DNA from: an uncultured virus (IMG/VR IMGVR_UViG_3300020213_000019)
Lineage: Duplodnaviria; Heunggongvirae; Uroviricota; Caudoviricetes
Length of the DNA stretch: 64,000 nucleotides
Strand: one strand, 5' to 3'
IMG/VR virus record: IMGVR_UViG_3300020213_000019
The notes beneath the pieces are model-generated. The model searched no databases. It was not told the DNA's origin and worked only from the letters and a program-made list of their open reading frames with translations. Position 1 is the first letter of the stretch. Every line of letters begins with the position of its first letter. Both the position numbers and the translations under genes were made by a program. Positions 19,001-29,103 of the stretch are shown here, in pieces.

Positions 19001-20968
19001 GTGCCTCTTTCATCTCCTATATTTATATTTCAACCTTTACTTGGCGGAGCTGTTCCGGTAGTCAGCGCCGTGTCATATGGCGTTGTTGATTCTTCTGGCG
19101 GCGGGGAGCGTATAGTTGTTGCTGTTAATGATTCAACTGGCTGTACAACAATAGCGGCTGGCGGAGTTTCATTTACTTCATTTACAATCGATGATGCAAC
19201 ACATGTTAGTGGAATTCCAGGAGCCCATGCGTCTGGCGTTGTTAATGTTGTTGTAACTAATACTGCTGGACCAAGTACAACCGGCATTGGACTTATTGAA
19301 TATTTCGCTCCAAACGATCTAGGCCCAACCTGCGAATTGCTTCCTGGAGCATATTCGGTTACTGGAACACAAGGTATTGATGCGGTTGGCACTTGGACGG
19401 ATACAAGCGGTCTTGCTAACCATGCAATAAGTAATAGTGGTATAAACGCCCCAGCCGCTGTAAGTGGAATCCCTGATTTCGTTGCATTTGATGCGTTGTT
19501 TCTAAGCATTGCGCAGTCAATTGCTTCAGGTCTTAGCGTTCCTCCCAACATGGCTACTTTGGCAGCAGGTACCCAAATTAATTGTTTTGAAGCAGATATA
19601 GCCGCGACTCCTGATATAAATTATACTGATTCAGTAATTTCCGTAGGAAATTCAGCAAGTGCCGGTATCGTATTTAATACTAATGGAATTTCGTGGGAAG
19701 CATACGATGAAGTTACTACGCTTTATTATCGACCAACAGAAGTTCGTGCTGGACTAGGAGTAAAACACTTTGCGGCAGGACGTTGGAATGGAACCACATG
19801 GGGATGCTTTGCTAATGGTTCTCCAGAAGCAACTATCACTAATACCGCTGGAGTATTATCAAACGGTAACGTTGGAAATTCTGTAGAACTCGGACGATCA
19901 TTTTTAGGCTCACAACAATTTGATGGTAGAATCAGCCTTTTCTTAATGTTTGCAACAGCTATTAGCGATGTTAACATTGCAAAAATTCGTGCATGGGCGC
20001 AACAAAGAGGAATTGCCACAATTGCAGACGCAGTGACAACTGTCACGGCTGTATCGCATGGAATTGTTGATACTGCTGGTGGGGGCAATCGTGTCGTCGT
20101 AACAGTTGGTGATTCGACCGGCTGTACTGCGATATCTGCCGGAGGCGTTCCATTCACATCTTTTGCAATTGATAATGCTACCAGCGTAAGCGGCATTCCT
20201 GGAGCCAACGCTGCCGGTGTAGTAGATGTCGCCGTAACTAATGCCGTTGGAGACGGTATAGGCGTTGGGCTTATTGAATATTGGGATCCGTCAGCAATCA
20301 CTGGTGTTACCAGATATTTTGATTCAAGCAAAAATGTAACCGATGCTGGCGGTGGTGAAGTTACCTCTTGGATTGATGTTATTGCGGCTAACGATTCGAC
20401 ACAAGAAACTAGTGCTAATAGGCCAACTCTTACTGCATCGATTTTCGGAGCCATGCCATCTATCAAGTTTACGCCAGAACAATGGCTTAATTCTTCTGGT
20501 GGTGGCGAAGGTCCAAGTTCTACATTCTCATATTTCATAGTTATGAAAACTGTAAGTTCAGATGCCACTGCAACCGATTCTACATATAACGTACCGCTGA
20601 CTATTTTAGGAGGTTCAGGTTGGAATGCTTTTGGAGTATCTGGCGGTGCAGTAGTGTACAAGAGTTACGATGTTGCGCTCGAAACTTGGGGAAGTGGAGT
20701 AAATGATGGTGCAGCTCACATTATTGGTATGACAAGTGATGCGACACCAAGTCGCCAAGGCTATATCGATGGTTCTACTGCTGGCTCAGCTAGTACTTTA
20801 GGGGGCACGGCTGATTCTTATTATGATCATATAGGAAATGGCTATTTGAATGTTGATGGTTTTGATGGAGACATTGGAGCATTTATTTCGTTAGGCGGAA
20901 CCGTAATATCAGGCGGCGATTTAACAAAGCTAAATTCATGGTCTAAGCAAAGATTCGGAACACCATAA
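19001..20968 (+). CDS. virion protein with two IPT/Ig-like + LamG-like modules
   Basis: Internal duplication of an ~85-aa block, each followed by a beta-rich domain ending F.G.I..F. Confidence 0.65.
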   Translation: MPLSSPIFIFQPLLGGAVPVVSAVSYGVVDSSGGGERIVVAVNDSTGCTTIAAGGVSFTSFTIDDATHVSGIPGAHASGVVNVVVTNTAGPSTTGIGLIEYFAPNDLGPTCELLPGAYSVTGTQGIDAVGTWTDTSGLANHAISNSGINAPAAVSGIPDFVAFDALFLSIAQSIASGLSVPPNMATLAAGTQINCFEADIAATPDINYTDSVISVGNSASAGIVFNTNGISWEAYDEVTTLYYRPTEVRAGLGVKHFAAGRWNGTTWGCFANGSPEATITNTAGVLSNGNVGNSVELGRSFLGSQQFDGRISLFLMFATAISDVNIAKIRAWAQQRGIATIADAVTTVTAVSHGIVDTAGGGNRVVVTVGDSTGCTAISAGGVPFTSFAIDNATSVSGIPGANAAGVVDVAVTNAVGDGIGVGLIEYWDPSAITGVTRYFDSSKNVTDAGGGEVTSWIDVIAANDSTQETSANRPTLTASIFGAMPSIKFTPEQWLNSSGGGEGPSSTFSYFIVMKTVSSDATATDSTYNVPLTILGGSGWNAFGVSGGAVVYKSYDVALETWGSGVNDGAAHIIGMTSDATPSRQGYIDGSTAGSASTLGGTADSYYDHIGNGYLNVDGFDGDIGAFISLGGTVISGGDLTKLNSWSKQRFGTP

Positions 20969-20990
20969 CTAGGTATTTAATGAGAGCACC

Positions 20991-22328
20991 ATGACCGTAT
21001 ACCCACTAGCAATAGATACAAGCGCAGATATTCCAACAGTAACTGACGCTGTTTCTGCGGTAAACGCTCAAACCGTTAACCGGCTTCGTGATGCTATTTT
21101 CGCCATCGAAACAGAGCTGGGCGTCAAACCAAGCGGTATATACGGTACTGTTAAGGAAAATTTAGAAACCTTAAGCTCTGATATGCAGACCGTCATCACC
21201 AACATGAATGATGCGATTGCCGCTTTTACAGGTAGCGGAGCAATATTTATTGCTAATGGTGATCTTAGTGGTAATGGAGCTTCTCAAGTAGTCGTAGGCA
21301 TTCAGGGCGTGCCCGTTTCAGCTACCGCACCAACCAATCAACAGGTGTTGGTATATGATGGCGCAACATGGGTACCAGGAACTGTTAACTCGTTTGTTGC
21401 GGCTGGAGATTTGTCCGGAAACAATACTACTCAAACGGTAGTTAGTTTGACCGGTAGTGGAGGCATTGTAACGACAACTGCCGCGTTAACTTTCGGAGCA
21501 ATCCCAGCAACCAGTGGAGATATTCGTCTCAGTTCTTCTGGCGGTAATGGTGAATGGCTATCATTCTCATACAATGGCGGGACCACGTATCCAGCACTTC
21601 AACTTGGTTCGGGACAAGTCATATTAGGTGACGTTAACTTCGTGACCCGAATCAATGGCGCCGCATTGACTTTGTATGCCGCTTCGTCACCCACATACAT
21701 CTATGGCACTGGTGTGCTTGGATTGACATTGAATGCTAGCGGTCTTCAGATTGGCGCTGGTGCCGTTGATCTTGGTGGTGGTGTTGGCGTTATCGGCATC
21801 GATGATGCCGGAACTGTTCCAACAACCAATCCAACTGGCGGAGTTGTTTTATACTCTGAATCAGGAATTCTTAAATATCGCAATTCATCTGGGTCAATTA
21901 CTTCATTACAAGATAGTGCATCGCTTCCTGCAGAATTATTTCTTGTATCTGGGTTATTTACTACTACATCAACTTCACTCACGCGTGCCGGTGCTAGAAA
22001 AATTGATATGGGATTATACCCTGCAACTATTGGAAGCTTAACTAGAACAGTAATATTCGTAGCTGATGTTGATATGACTTCTGGAGCCACGAGTGTTGAA
22101 GTGCAATTGTATGATACCACACACGGAGTAGTTGTTACCGGAACTGATTTGACTAGTACATCTATTTCAAATGCTGTCGTTAGTGCAACACTAACAGTAG
22201 GAAGTTCCAGCGGAAACTTACGCGATGATGTTGCCAGTCAATACGAAGTTCAATTTAAAATGAATGGCGGTGGTGGTTCTGATGCAGTGTTTATCACTAA
22301 TTCCAGGGTAACTATCACATATGCATAA
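20991..22328 (+). CDS. putative tail fibre / virion structural protein
   Basis: Paralogous N-terminus (YP..IDT...RDA..A.E.E.GV.PSG.Y) and GDLSG repeats. Confidence 0.7.
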   Translation: MTVYPLAIDTSADIPTVTDAVSAVNAQTVNRLRDAIFAIETELGVKPSGIYGTVKENLETLSSDMQTVITNMNDAIAAFTGSGAIFIANGDLSGNGASQVVVGIQGVPVSATAPTNQQVLVYDGATWVPGTVNSFVAAGDLSGNNTTQTVVSLTGSGGIVTTTAALTFGAIPATSGDIRLSSSGGNGEWLSFSYNGGTTYPALQLGSGQVILGDVNFVTRINGAALTLYAASSPTYIYGTGVLGLTLNASGLQIGAGAVDLGGGVGVIGIDDAGTVPTTNPTGGVVLYSESGILKYRNSSGSITSLQDSASLPAELFLVSGLFTTTSTSLTRAGARKIDMGLYPATIGSLTRTVIFVADVDMTSGATSVEVQLYDTTHGVVVTGTDLTSTSISNAVVSATLTVGSSSGNLRDDVASQYEVQFKMNGGGGSDAVFITNSRVTITYA

Positions 22329-22351
22329 ATTATCAGATCAATAGGAACATA

Positions 22352-23344
22352 ATGGCTTATACCTTCTCAGTAAACAACTCTCCCGCTACTGGCGCAGTTG
22401 CCATGTATACTCTTATTAGTACCCTTATGTCTGCCGGTTGGCTTAAGAAGATGGATTCAGATGGTACGACATATAGTTCCACTGGCGTTCAGGTAACTTC
22501 TGGAAACGCAGGCACAGGAGGTTTAGGCAATACCAATGCCTGGGTAAGGCTGCAAGCCCCACAAGTAAATGGCGGTGCCGTAGTAAACCAAACTAGGGAG
22601 CTAACCATTCAAAGAGGTACGACAGATTTAGTATGGAGAATTAAGTACTCAGCATCTGCTTTATTTACCGGAGGGTCGCCTGCTGCGGCAGTAACCCCTT
22701 CATCCACCGATGAAATATTCATGATGGGTGCCGCAACCGACGCGTCTCCAACGTTTTATAGTTGGATATCTGGGGCAACAGGCGATGAACGCTGGCACTT
22801 CGTCGCGGGCGGTGCTGCCGAATTTTATTCATTTGTTGCGTGGTCTCAGGTTATCGGCGGACTCACTGCTCGTGAAGCTATATTTTTGGATGTCATGGCT
22901 GACGGAAGCTATCCGGCAGTTGATGTCGATCCTGCTGTGGTTTTTTGTAATTCTTCAACTCCATTTTCAGATATTGCTGGGTTTGCATCTAGCAACGTTA
23001 CCAATCCATCTAAAGCAAGGGCCTGGCTCGGTTCGACATCGGCAGCAGGCGCATCGTTAGTAAGTAACAATGTGAACGTTGTAATAAGTAATTATGGTGG
23101 AATTTTTACTGGTGGTACAACAATTGGTACTAATCCGTGGACGAATAAAGAAGATCTATTTCCATGTTTATGGGGAAATCAGGGCACCACTCTCCCTTAT
23201 GGTATAAAAGGAATTTCGACTTTATTTAAGATGGGCACAATACTGCATACGAATGGAACTGTCTCAAGTCACGTAGGAACGCGAGATAAAATATATTATG
23301 GTAATTATTGGCTGCCTTGGAGTGGAGCGAGCGTACTAATATGA
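22352..23344 (+). CDS. putative virion structural protein
   Basis: G/T/S-rich ORF in fibre cluster, AGGAA RBS. Confidence 0.6.
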   Translation: MAYTFSVNNSPATGAVAMYTLISTLMSAGWLKKMDSDGTTYSSTGVQVTSGNAGTGGLGNTNAWVRLQAPQVNGGAVVNQTRELTIQRGTTDLVWRIKYSASALFTGGSPAAAVTPSSTDEIFMMGAATDASPTFYSWISGATGDERWHFVAGGAAEFYSFVAWSQVIGGLTAREAIFLDVMADGSYPAVDVDPAVVFCNSSTPFSDIAGFASSNVTNPSKARAWLGSTSAAGASLVSNNVNVVISNYGGIFTGGTTIGTNPWTNKEDLFPCLWGNQGTTLPYGIKGISTLFKMGTILHTNGTVSSHVGTRDKIYYGNYWLPWSGASVLI

Positions 23345-23694
23345 CAAATTTTAATGGGGACGTATTAACAAATACAGACTTACATGTCACGGCCCTACAA
23401 AGTGGCTCAGGTACGGATCAGCCACCCATTGCAACAAGTAGCACGGCTGAAAGCAATGCCTCAGAACTTACAACCAAACCGGCGCAATTGGCAGGAACAC
23501 AAGATGGATATGGTCAGCCACGACTAACTGCCTTGGCTGCCGCCGGAATAAATCCTATTCCACATTACAAACTATCTTGTGAAGATAACACAGGTACTCG
23601 GCATTATTGGGTCGACGTCAGCATATCTTTGTACTACGCACCGCCTGGATTTACATATGTTCCTTCAACATTTGTTGTCGAAGGTCGATTTTGA
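23341..23694 (+). CDS. hypothetical protein (structural cluster)
   Basis: ATGA overlap; C-terminal Y.L....HYW block resembles N-terminus of 17875. Confidence 0.6.
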   Translation: MTNFNGDVLTNTDLHVTALQSGSGTDQPPIATSSTAESNASELTTKPAQLAGTQDGYGQPRLTALAAAGINPIPHYKLSCEDNTGTRHYWVDVSISLYYAPPGFTYVPSTFVVEGRF

Positions 23695-23744
23695 ATAATG
23701 TTTTGATTACAGTTACTATCTCGATATAATGTAAAGAGGCCACA

Positions 23745-24230
23745 ATGAGTATTGATAAGATGTTAAAGTTTGCTGAAAAATTGGAAGCACGCGCACAGGC
23801 AATGAGCGTGTCTCAAAAAGATATCAGCTCATTGGTTGCGCCGATGAAGTCAGATATTACAGCTTTCGTTCAAAACTGGGCTATGAAAACAAAGTTTACC
23901 GGCTCTTGTCAGGGAGCAATTAATGTTGCCTGGCTTCCAGTGAAAGTCGGTAACAAAATCGTTTGTAACAACGTTGTTGTTTCATTCGGAAATATGATGT
24001 ATAATAACGATCCAAGCAACGTAAAGGTACGCTCTACCTTAGACGTTACAAAGACTCAGGCGTTGAATCGAATGCTTGCTTCTAAGGCTCCACAAGCCAA
24101 ACAACTAATTGAACTAGGCGTAAATGCTGGAGGAGCATTTGAGGCCATGTACACCCAAGGCGATGGTCCTTCACATCTTGGCAAGCCAGATGGCACGATG
24201 ATTGTCGAAATTAATTTCGAGATTGGATAG
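23745..24230 (+). CDS. hypothetical protein
   Basis: GAGG RBS; N-terminal KMLKFAEKLE helix. Confidence 0.7.
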   Translation: MSIDKMLKFAEKLEARAQAMSVSQKDISSLVAPMKSDITAFVQNWAMKTKFTGSCQGAINVAWLPVKVGNKIVCNNVVVSFGNMMYNNDPSNVKVRSTLDVTKTQALNRMLASKAPQAKQLIELGVNAGGAFEAMYTQGDGPSHLGKPDGTMIVEINFEIG

Positions 24231-24234
24231 TAAT

Positions 24235-24867
24235 ATGAGCAATATACCTGAGTTCAAAGTCGCTTTTAAGTCAGAGTCATTGTTAATGAAAATAATAGGG
24301 AAGATATTGTTCTTCAATAAAACTTTCATGACCAGTTATACGACTACACTCGGTAGAACTATTTACTTTACAGATCGTAAATACGTTAAAGCTCATCCTG
24401 TATCTACAAAAGTTGTGCTTGTTCATGAACTTATTCATGTCAAGGATTATGAAGATAGCGGCTTGCGATTCCAACTTGGTTACGCTATGCCGCAGATATT
24501 ATCTGTTCTTGCTTTTCCATTGTTTTTGATTGCTCCATGGTGGGCATGTCTAGCTTGGTTTGCTTTTTTTCTAGCGCCACTTCCAGCATTCTTTAGAATG
24601 AAGTCAGAAGAAAAAGCATATACTTTTTCGTTGTACGCACTTCATAAGCTAAATGTTAAAAATGGTTACAATATAGATTTAAAAGCGCAAGCCGTGCAAT
24701 ACACCTCTAACTTCAAAAATAGCGGGTATTATTTCATGTGGCCATTTTTTACTGATACGCATTTTATGACTGCTGTTAGCGAAATTCAAGCTGGACGTAA
24801 GCCATTTTACGATGTTTCATTTTACGATATGGCCGATGCAATTTTGGAACTTGACGTTAAGATCTAA
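24235..24867 (+). CDS. HExxH membrane-associated metallopeptidase-like protein
   Basis: TTLGRTIY, VHELIH, hydrophobic hairpin, E..AY. Confidence 0.65.
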   Translation: MSNIPEFKVAFKSESLLMKIIGKILFFNKTFMTSYTTTLGRTIYFTDRKYVKAHPVSTKVVLVHELIHVKDYEDSGLRFQLGYAMPQILSVLAFPLFLIAPWWACLAWFAFFLAPLPAFFRMKSEEKAYTFSLYALHKLNVKNGYNIDLKAQAVQYTSNFKNSGYYFMWPFFTDTHFMTAVSEIQAGRKPFYDVSFYDMADAILELDVKI

Positions 24868-24930
24868 TACTGTGATATATGAGAGGTAAACTAACGGAAC
24901 GGTGTTGAAGCACGTTCCCTAAAGGCCTCC

Positions 24931-26142
24931 ATGATAAACACTTATGACGTTGCAATTATAGGCTCCGGTGTCGCCGGAGCATTCGCGGCGCTAAAGCTCT
25001 CAAAAGAAAACAAGGGCTTAAAAACTATTCTATTTGATTTGGGCAGACCGCCCGGAAAACGTCGTCGCCAGTTAGAGGGCTGGTTTGGTGTGTTCCCCAA
25101 TTCTGATGGCAAACTGTACTCACACGATATAAGCAAGGTAGCTGGCATTGTGGGTGCTCGTAAGGCCAAGTCCGGACAGACTTGGGTTATGAATTACCTG
25201 AAGAGTCATATCGATTTCAAATCTATTGAAGATAAGAAATTGTATGTAGGCGCTGAGAAACGCATTAAGAAGCACAATTTTGAATACTATTACAACGATT
25301 ATATTCAGTTGTATCCTAGAGAAATACATACCATATCAAAACGTTTAGCCGAAGAAGTAGAAGAGAGCGGTAAAGTACGATTTAGTTTTGATAATGAAGT
25401 TTATAAGATTCATAAACAAAAGAATATCTTTTCAATCATGACTGCGCAGGGAGAAATCTTTGCTAAGAAGATACTGATCGCAGTCGGTAGATCTGGTTGG
25501 CGCTGGGCCACTAACATATTTCAGACATTCGGAATTGTTGAGAGTGATGATACGGCCAGCTTCGGTATTCATGCAGAAATTTCTTCTTCATACATGAAGG
25601 AATTCAATAAGTCTAATTGCACATTCTACAACGATGAACTTGAGATAGGACCGTTGAGTTGGAATGGAACAATTATACCAGAAGACCACCTTGATCTAGC
25701 GATCTCGGCGTTTCGTTCGAATGAAAATCGATGGAAGTCTGACAAGGTATCGTTCAAGATGATCGGGTTTCGTAAGTTTGAGAATGCGGGAGTAGAACAA
25801 ACAAATAGGCTAGGAACGTTAGCTTTTGTTTTGGCCAATGATCGTATTTCTAAAGAACGCATATCTACCATCATTAGTAAGAAGAGCAAGATATCGGTTA
25901 TTCCAGAGTATGACTGGTTGGTCGAAGCATGTGAGTCGGTAACTAATGTTATACCAGACTTCATCAACAAAGGGTATTTTCATATACCGACTATATTGCC
26001 TTTGCCTCCTAAAATTCGTCTGGGTACAAACATGTCAACCGAGATAGATAATCTGTATGTTGCTGGTGAGAGCGCTGGCGTACCGGGTATACTTAGCGCC
26101 GCCGTAACAGGTGCGATAGCGGCAGAGAATATTCTCAAATAA
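24931..26142 (+). CDS. FAD-dependent oxidoreductase
   Basis: YDVAIIGSGVAG, SDGKL, IAVGRSG, LYVAGESAG..GILSAA. Confidence 0.85.
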   Translation: MINTYDVAIIGSGVAGAFAALKLSKENKGLKTILFDLGRPPGKRRRQLEGWFGVFPNSDGKLYSHDISKVAGIVGARKAKSGQTWVMNYLKSHIDFKSIEDKKLYVGAEKRIKKHNFEYYYNDYIQLYPREIHTISKRLAEEVEESGKVRFSFDNEVYKIHKQKNIFSIMTAQGEIFAKKILIAVGRSGWRWATNIFQTFGIVESDDTASFGIHAEISSSYMKEFNKSNCTFYNDELEIGPLSWNGTIIPEDHLDLAISAFRSNENRWKSDKVSFKMIGFRKFENAGVEQTNRLGTLAFVLANDRISKERISTIISKKSKISVIPEYDWLVEACESVTNVIPDFINKGYFHIPTILPLPPKIRLGTNMSTEIDNLYVAGESAGVPGILSAAVTGAIAAENILK

Positions 26143-26149
26143 AGGAAAC

Positions 26150-26512
26150 ATGAAACAAAAGACTTATGATTATGTACCGTGGAGGTTCTCAATGCCAGGC
26201 GAAAACGATTTTAGAGATGGAAATCTAAAACATAACCTCGGTAATCACGATTACGATCTGTTTAAAGAAGACGACGATGTCGTAACGTCAGTAGTTAGAG
26301 TTAAACGAATTACTCTTCCAAATAAAGGCGAAAACTGGAAAGTTTTTAAGGACAATAAACTAGCTGAAGTAATTGAAGGGGTTAAACTTTCTGCAAAAGA
26401 AAGAAATTATCTCAGAACTGTTGAAGGAATACAGTTTGTAATTGGTTATTACAAACGTGGTTGGAAAAGCTTTAACAATTTTCGTCAGGAAATGAAAGCC
26501 AGCCACAAGTGA
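26150..26512 (+). CDS. hypothetical protein
   Basis: AGGA RBS. Confidence 0.75.
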   Translation: MKQKTYDYVPWRFSMPGENDFRDGNLKHNLGNHDYDLFKEDDDVVTSVVRVKRITLPNKGENWKVFKDNKLAEVIEGVKLSAKERNYLRTVEGIQFVIGYYKRGWKSFNNFRQEMKASHK

Positions 26513-26551
26513 TCTTGTCGAGCGCCGCCGATTCTCATTTTATTGATTCCC

Positions 26552-26743
26552 ATGCTTATTACTGGACCTCTGTTTTTAGTTCATCCGTACAACCCTGAAG
26601 ACAGTAAGAACGGGTTTACCGTTACGACCGACAAAGGTGTCGTGGTGGCTCATTGCACCAGCCATGAGGCCGCAATGGCTGCGGCTCGTCTTATGGCCAT
26701 GGGTCCTAATTTTGGTCCAATTTTCAAAGACGGTTCTCAATGA
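26552..26743 (+). CDS. hypothetical protein
   Basis: Short ORF preceded by TGTCGAG (26516-26522), ATGA-coupled to exonuclease. Confidence 0.6.
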   Translation: MLITGPLFLVHPYNPEDSKNGFTVTTDKGVVVAHCTSHEAAMAAARLMAMGPNFGPIFKDGSQ

Positions 26744-27501
26744 ACGTACTGTACGTAGCCGATACCGAAACGACCGGCACCGATGAAAGAATTCATGACG
26801 TCATAGAGTTGTCATTATTGCGCCTTTCAGATAATGCGCAGAAGACCTTCTATATACAGCCGGTCAACTGGGATACGATAGAAGATGCGGCTCTACGCGT
26901 AAACGGCCACAAGTTAGAAGATTTGAAACGTGGGTTTAGATTAGAAGAAGATGGAACGCGAACGCTTTATCTAAAGCCGATGGCCGCTCTAGTAGAGATA
27001 GAAAATTTCTTGATGGAAGACCTTGTGACCGCCATGGAGCGCGCCCTGGTTGGACATAACATTGGATTCGATAAAGCTTTTCTTCTAGAGTTATGGCGCC
27101 GATGCGGGCAAGCAGAGACGTATCCGTTTGGCAGAATGTATCTAGATACAATGCAGATAGCATTCTTTTTAGATTATGTGAATGATTCGATTCGAGATGG
27201 TGGTTATCACTTAGGCGGTGTCGTAAAGGCTTGGGAAGTAAAGAAAGAAAAAGCCCACAGAGCGGACGCTGACGTCAGGATGACCAAGGATGTCTTTTTG
27301 AAAATGGTTGGGGCTGCCAAGAAGATGGCCGGATTAACGATGGCAGACCTGGTTGGAACGCCTGCACCGGCTGTTAAAAAGACAAGGACTAAGAAGGTAG
27401 TTGTAGAAATAACTACTCCACACATACCTACTGAGGCCGAGATGTTTGAGGCCCTTGCTGATCAGCAAGAGGTAGACGACATGACCGGGAAACTGTCCTG
27501 A
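26740..27501 (+). CDS. DEDDh 3'-5' exonuclease (DnaQ-like)
   Basis: ADTETTG, GHNIGFD, LDT, HRADAD. Confidence 0.9.
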   Translation: MNVLYVADTETTGTDERIHDVIELSLLRLSDNAQKTFYIQPVNWDTIEDAALRVNGHKLEDLKRGFRLEEDGTRTLYLKPMAALVEIENFLMEDLVTAMERALVGHNIGFDKAFLLELWRRCGQAETYPFGRMYLDTMQIAFFLDYVNDSIRDGGYHLGGVVKAWEVKKEKAHRADADVRMTKDVFLKMVGAAKKMAGLTMADLVGTPAPAVKKTRTKKVVVEITTPHIPTEAEMFEALADQQEVDDMTGKLS

Positions 27502-28490
27502 AGATACTTTACGCTGCGAATAAGGGTTACGACTCTTACTTGCAGCTTTACCGATTTCTTCAGAACTCCAAAGGTCGGGAGTATGAGATTCGTGTTGCCG
27601 GATACCACGGAGATCTCAGAGATATCGATGCCGATTATACGCTCGATTCATTATTCGATTTCTACGGGCAAGATACCTCGAAGCCGATCACAGGTAAGAA
27701 TTATCAGCGTTACTTAGAAGAAGTCAGTATCTATAAACCTGATTTGATTATTAGTGACTTAGAGTTCTTTTCAACGTATGCCGCTATTGAGCTTGGTATT
27801 CCATATTGGATTGTAAGCTCGTTCGCGTTCTACTTTGCTATAAACAAAAAATTAAAAGATTCGCTCGGAATAGCCAAACATCATCGAAGCTGTTTATTTG
27901 ATAATAAGAATTTTCATCGTTACAAGTATCAATTAGATAACGCAGATCGTAAATTCATCTACTCTTTCTTGGGCGACATTCAGACTTGTCCAGACATATC
28001 AAGTCAGTATACATGGGCTAGACCTTATCACGTTACTTCAAACGAAAAGTCAGCTCAGACGTTCGTAGTATCAGTATCAAATACTGATAAGCCATTTTTC
28101 AAATTAATCTCGGCACTTGGCGATACAAAGTTATTTTCTGAATCGGAATACGAAACTTTTGGCACGACCTCTATTCATCAAAATATCAGGTCAACGAACT
28201 ATGCACGAGATTTAAAGAATTCATATTTGGTTTTTTCTTCTGGAGAAACAAGTATTATAGCAGACGCTCTATACAACGGAAAGTATTCTCTTATTTATCC
28301 AGATTACAAAAGCAAAGAATCGATCGTCAATGGCAGACTTGTCGAGTTCTATGGTCTCGGTGAAAAGATCTATACACGGAGAAGTTTTGAGCAGATCAAT
28401 TCACTCGTAAGTAAGAACTTATCTGTTAGCTTAAGTCTAAATAAAGACGTTAAGTATTTGCACGAGTATATAAAGGATTTATATGACTAA
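27498..28490 (+). CDS. GT-B glycosyltransferase-like protein, probable CTG start
   Basis: (M)KILYAA.., KPDLIISDLE, A..LGIP, GETS.IADALY.GK. Confidence 0.65.
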   Translation: MKILYAANKGYDSYLQLYRFLQNSKGREYEIRVAGYHGDLRDIDADYTLDSLFDFYGQDTSKPITGKNYQRYLEEVSIYKPDLIISDLEFFSTYAAIELGIPYWIVSSFAFYFAINKKLKDSLGIAKHHRSCLFDNKNFHRYKYQLDNADRKFIYSFLGDIQTCPDISSQYTWARPYHVTSNEKSAQTFVVSVSNTDKPFFKLISALGDTKLFSESEYETFGTTSIHQNIRSTNYARDLKNSYLVFSSGETSIIADALYNGKYSLIYPDYKSKESIVNGRLVEFYGLGEKIYTRRSFEQINSLVSKNLSVSLSLNKDVKYLHEYIKDLYD

Positions 28491-29103
28491 TTATTTTTGC
28501 TTTGATGTCGGTAATGTTTTGTGCGACGTCGACTTCACCGATTTCTTACGTGAGTTAACCGAAGCTACCGGCGCAGATCATGATGATGTATGGTTCTTTT
28601 TAAATCGTATCCAGCCTTTACAGGATTTGGGATACGTTACGATGCAGAACGAGCTGCGTCATTGTTATAAGATTAAGCTGGAAGAGAACTCGAAGATTCA
28701 GGAAGCCTGGAATAACTCGGTTCATCCTAATCCTATTTCTATGAAGCATTTCGAAGAGATTGTCGGTAACCCTCATAAGAATCAGGTAGCGATACTTTCT
28801 AATATCGGGACCGAACACCTAGCATTGTTAGGCTCTAGACTTGGTTCCAAGTACAACTGGTGCAAGATGCACATGAGTTGTGAAATAGGTCATCGTAAGC
28901 CTTCTAAAATGTATTACAGATCATTTTTAGCTGAGCATCCGGAGTTCAATAGCGCCGAATATGTAGATGATCGTCAAGAGAATTTGGATATGGGTCACGA
29001 GTGCGGTCTCCGGCCAAATTACCTCGATACATCTAAAATGACATCAGATGAAGTTGATAGTTTTTGGTACGATCTCAAAAAACGGGTTATATACCAGCCA
29101 TGA
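28483..29103 (+). CDS. HAD-superfamily hydrolase
   Basis: FDVGNVL, ILSN, RKP, YVDDRQENL. Confidence 0.85.
   Translation: MTNYFCFDVGNVLCDVDFTDFLRELTEATGADHDDVWFFLNRIQPLQDLGYVTMQNELRHCYKIKLEENSKIQEAWNNSVHPNPISMKHFEEIVGNPHKNQVAILSNIGTEHLALLGSRLGSKYNWCKMHMSCEIGHRKPSKMYYRSFLAEHPEFNSAEYVDDRQENLDMGHECGLRPNYLDTSKMTSDEVDSFWYDLKKRVIYQP

Noticed and set aside
19030..20661. Long antisense ORFs (19030-19551, 19726-20661) and similar shadows over nrdJ and the rIIA-like gene
   Set aside because: Mirror frames of codon-biased real genes, with no motifs of their own.
24895..24909. 14/15 match (CGGAACGGTGTTGAA) to the predicted guide of the full tnpB copy, upstream of the FAD oxidoreductase
   Set aside because: Preceded by ACTAA rather than TTTAT and mismatched at seed position 3; probably chance.
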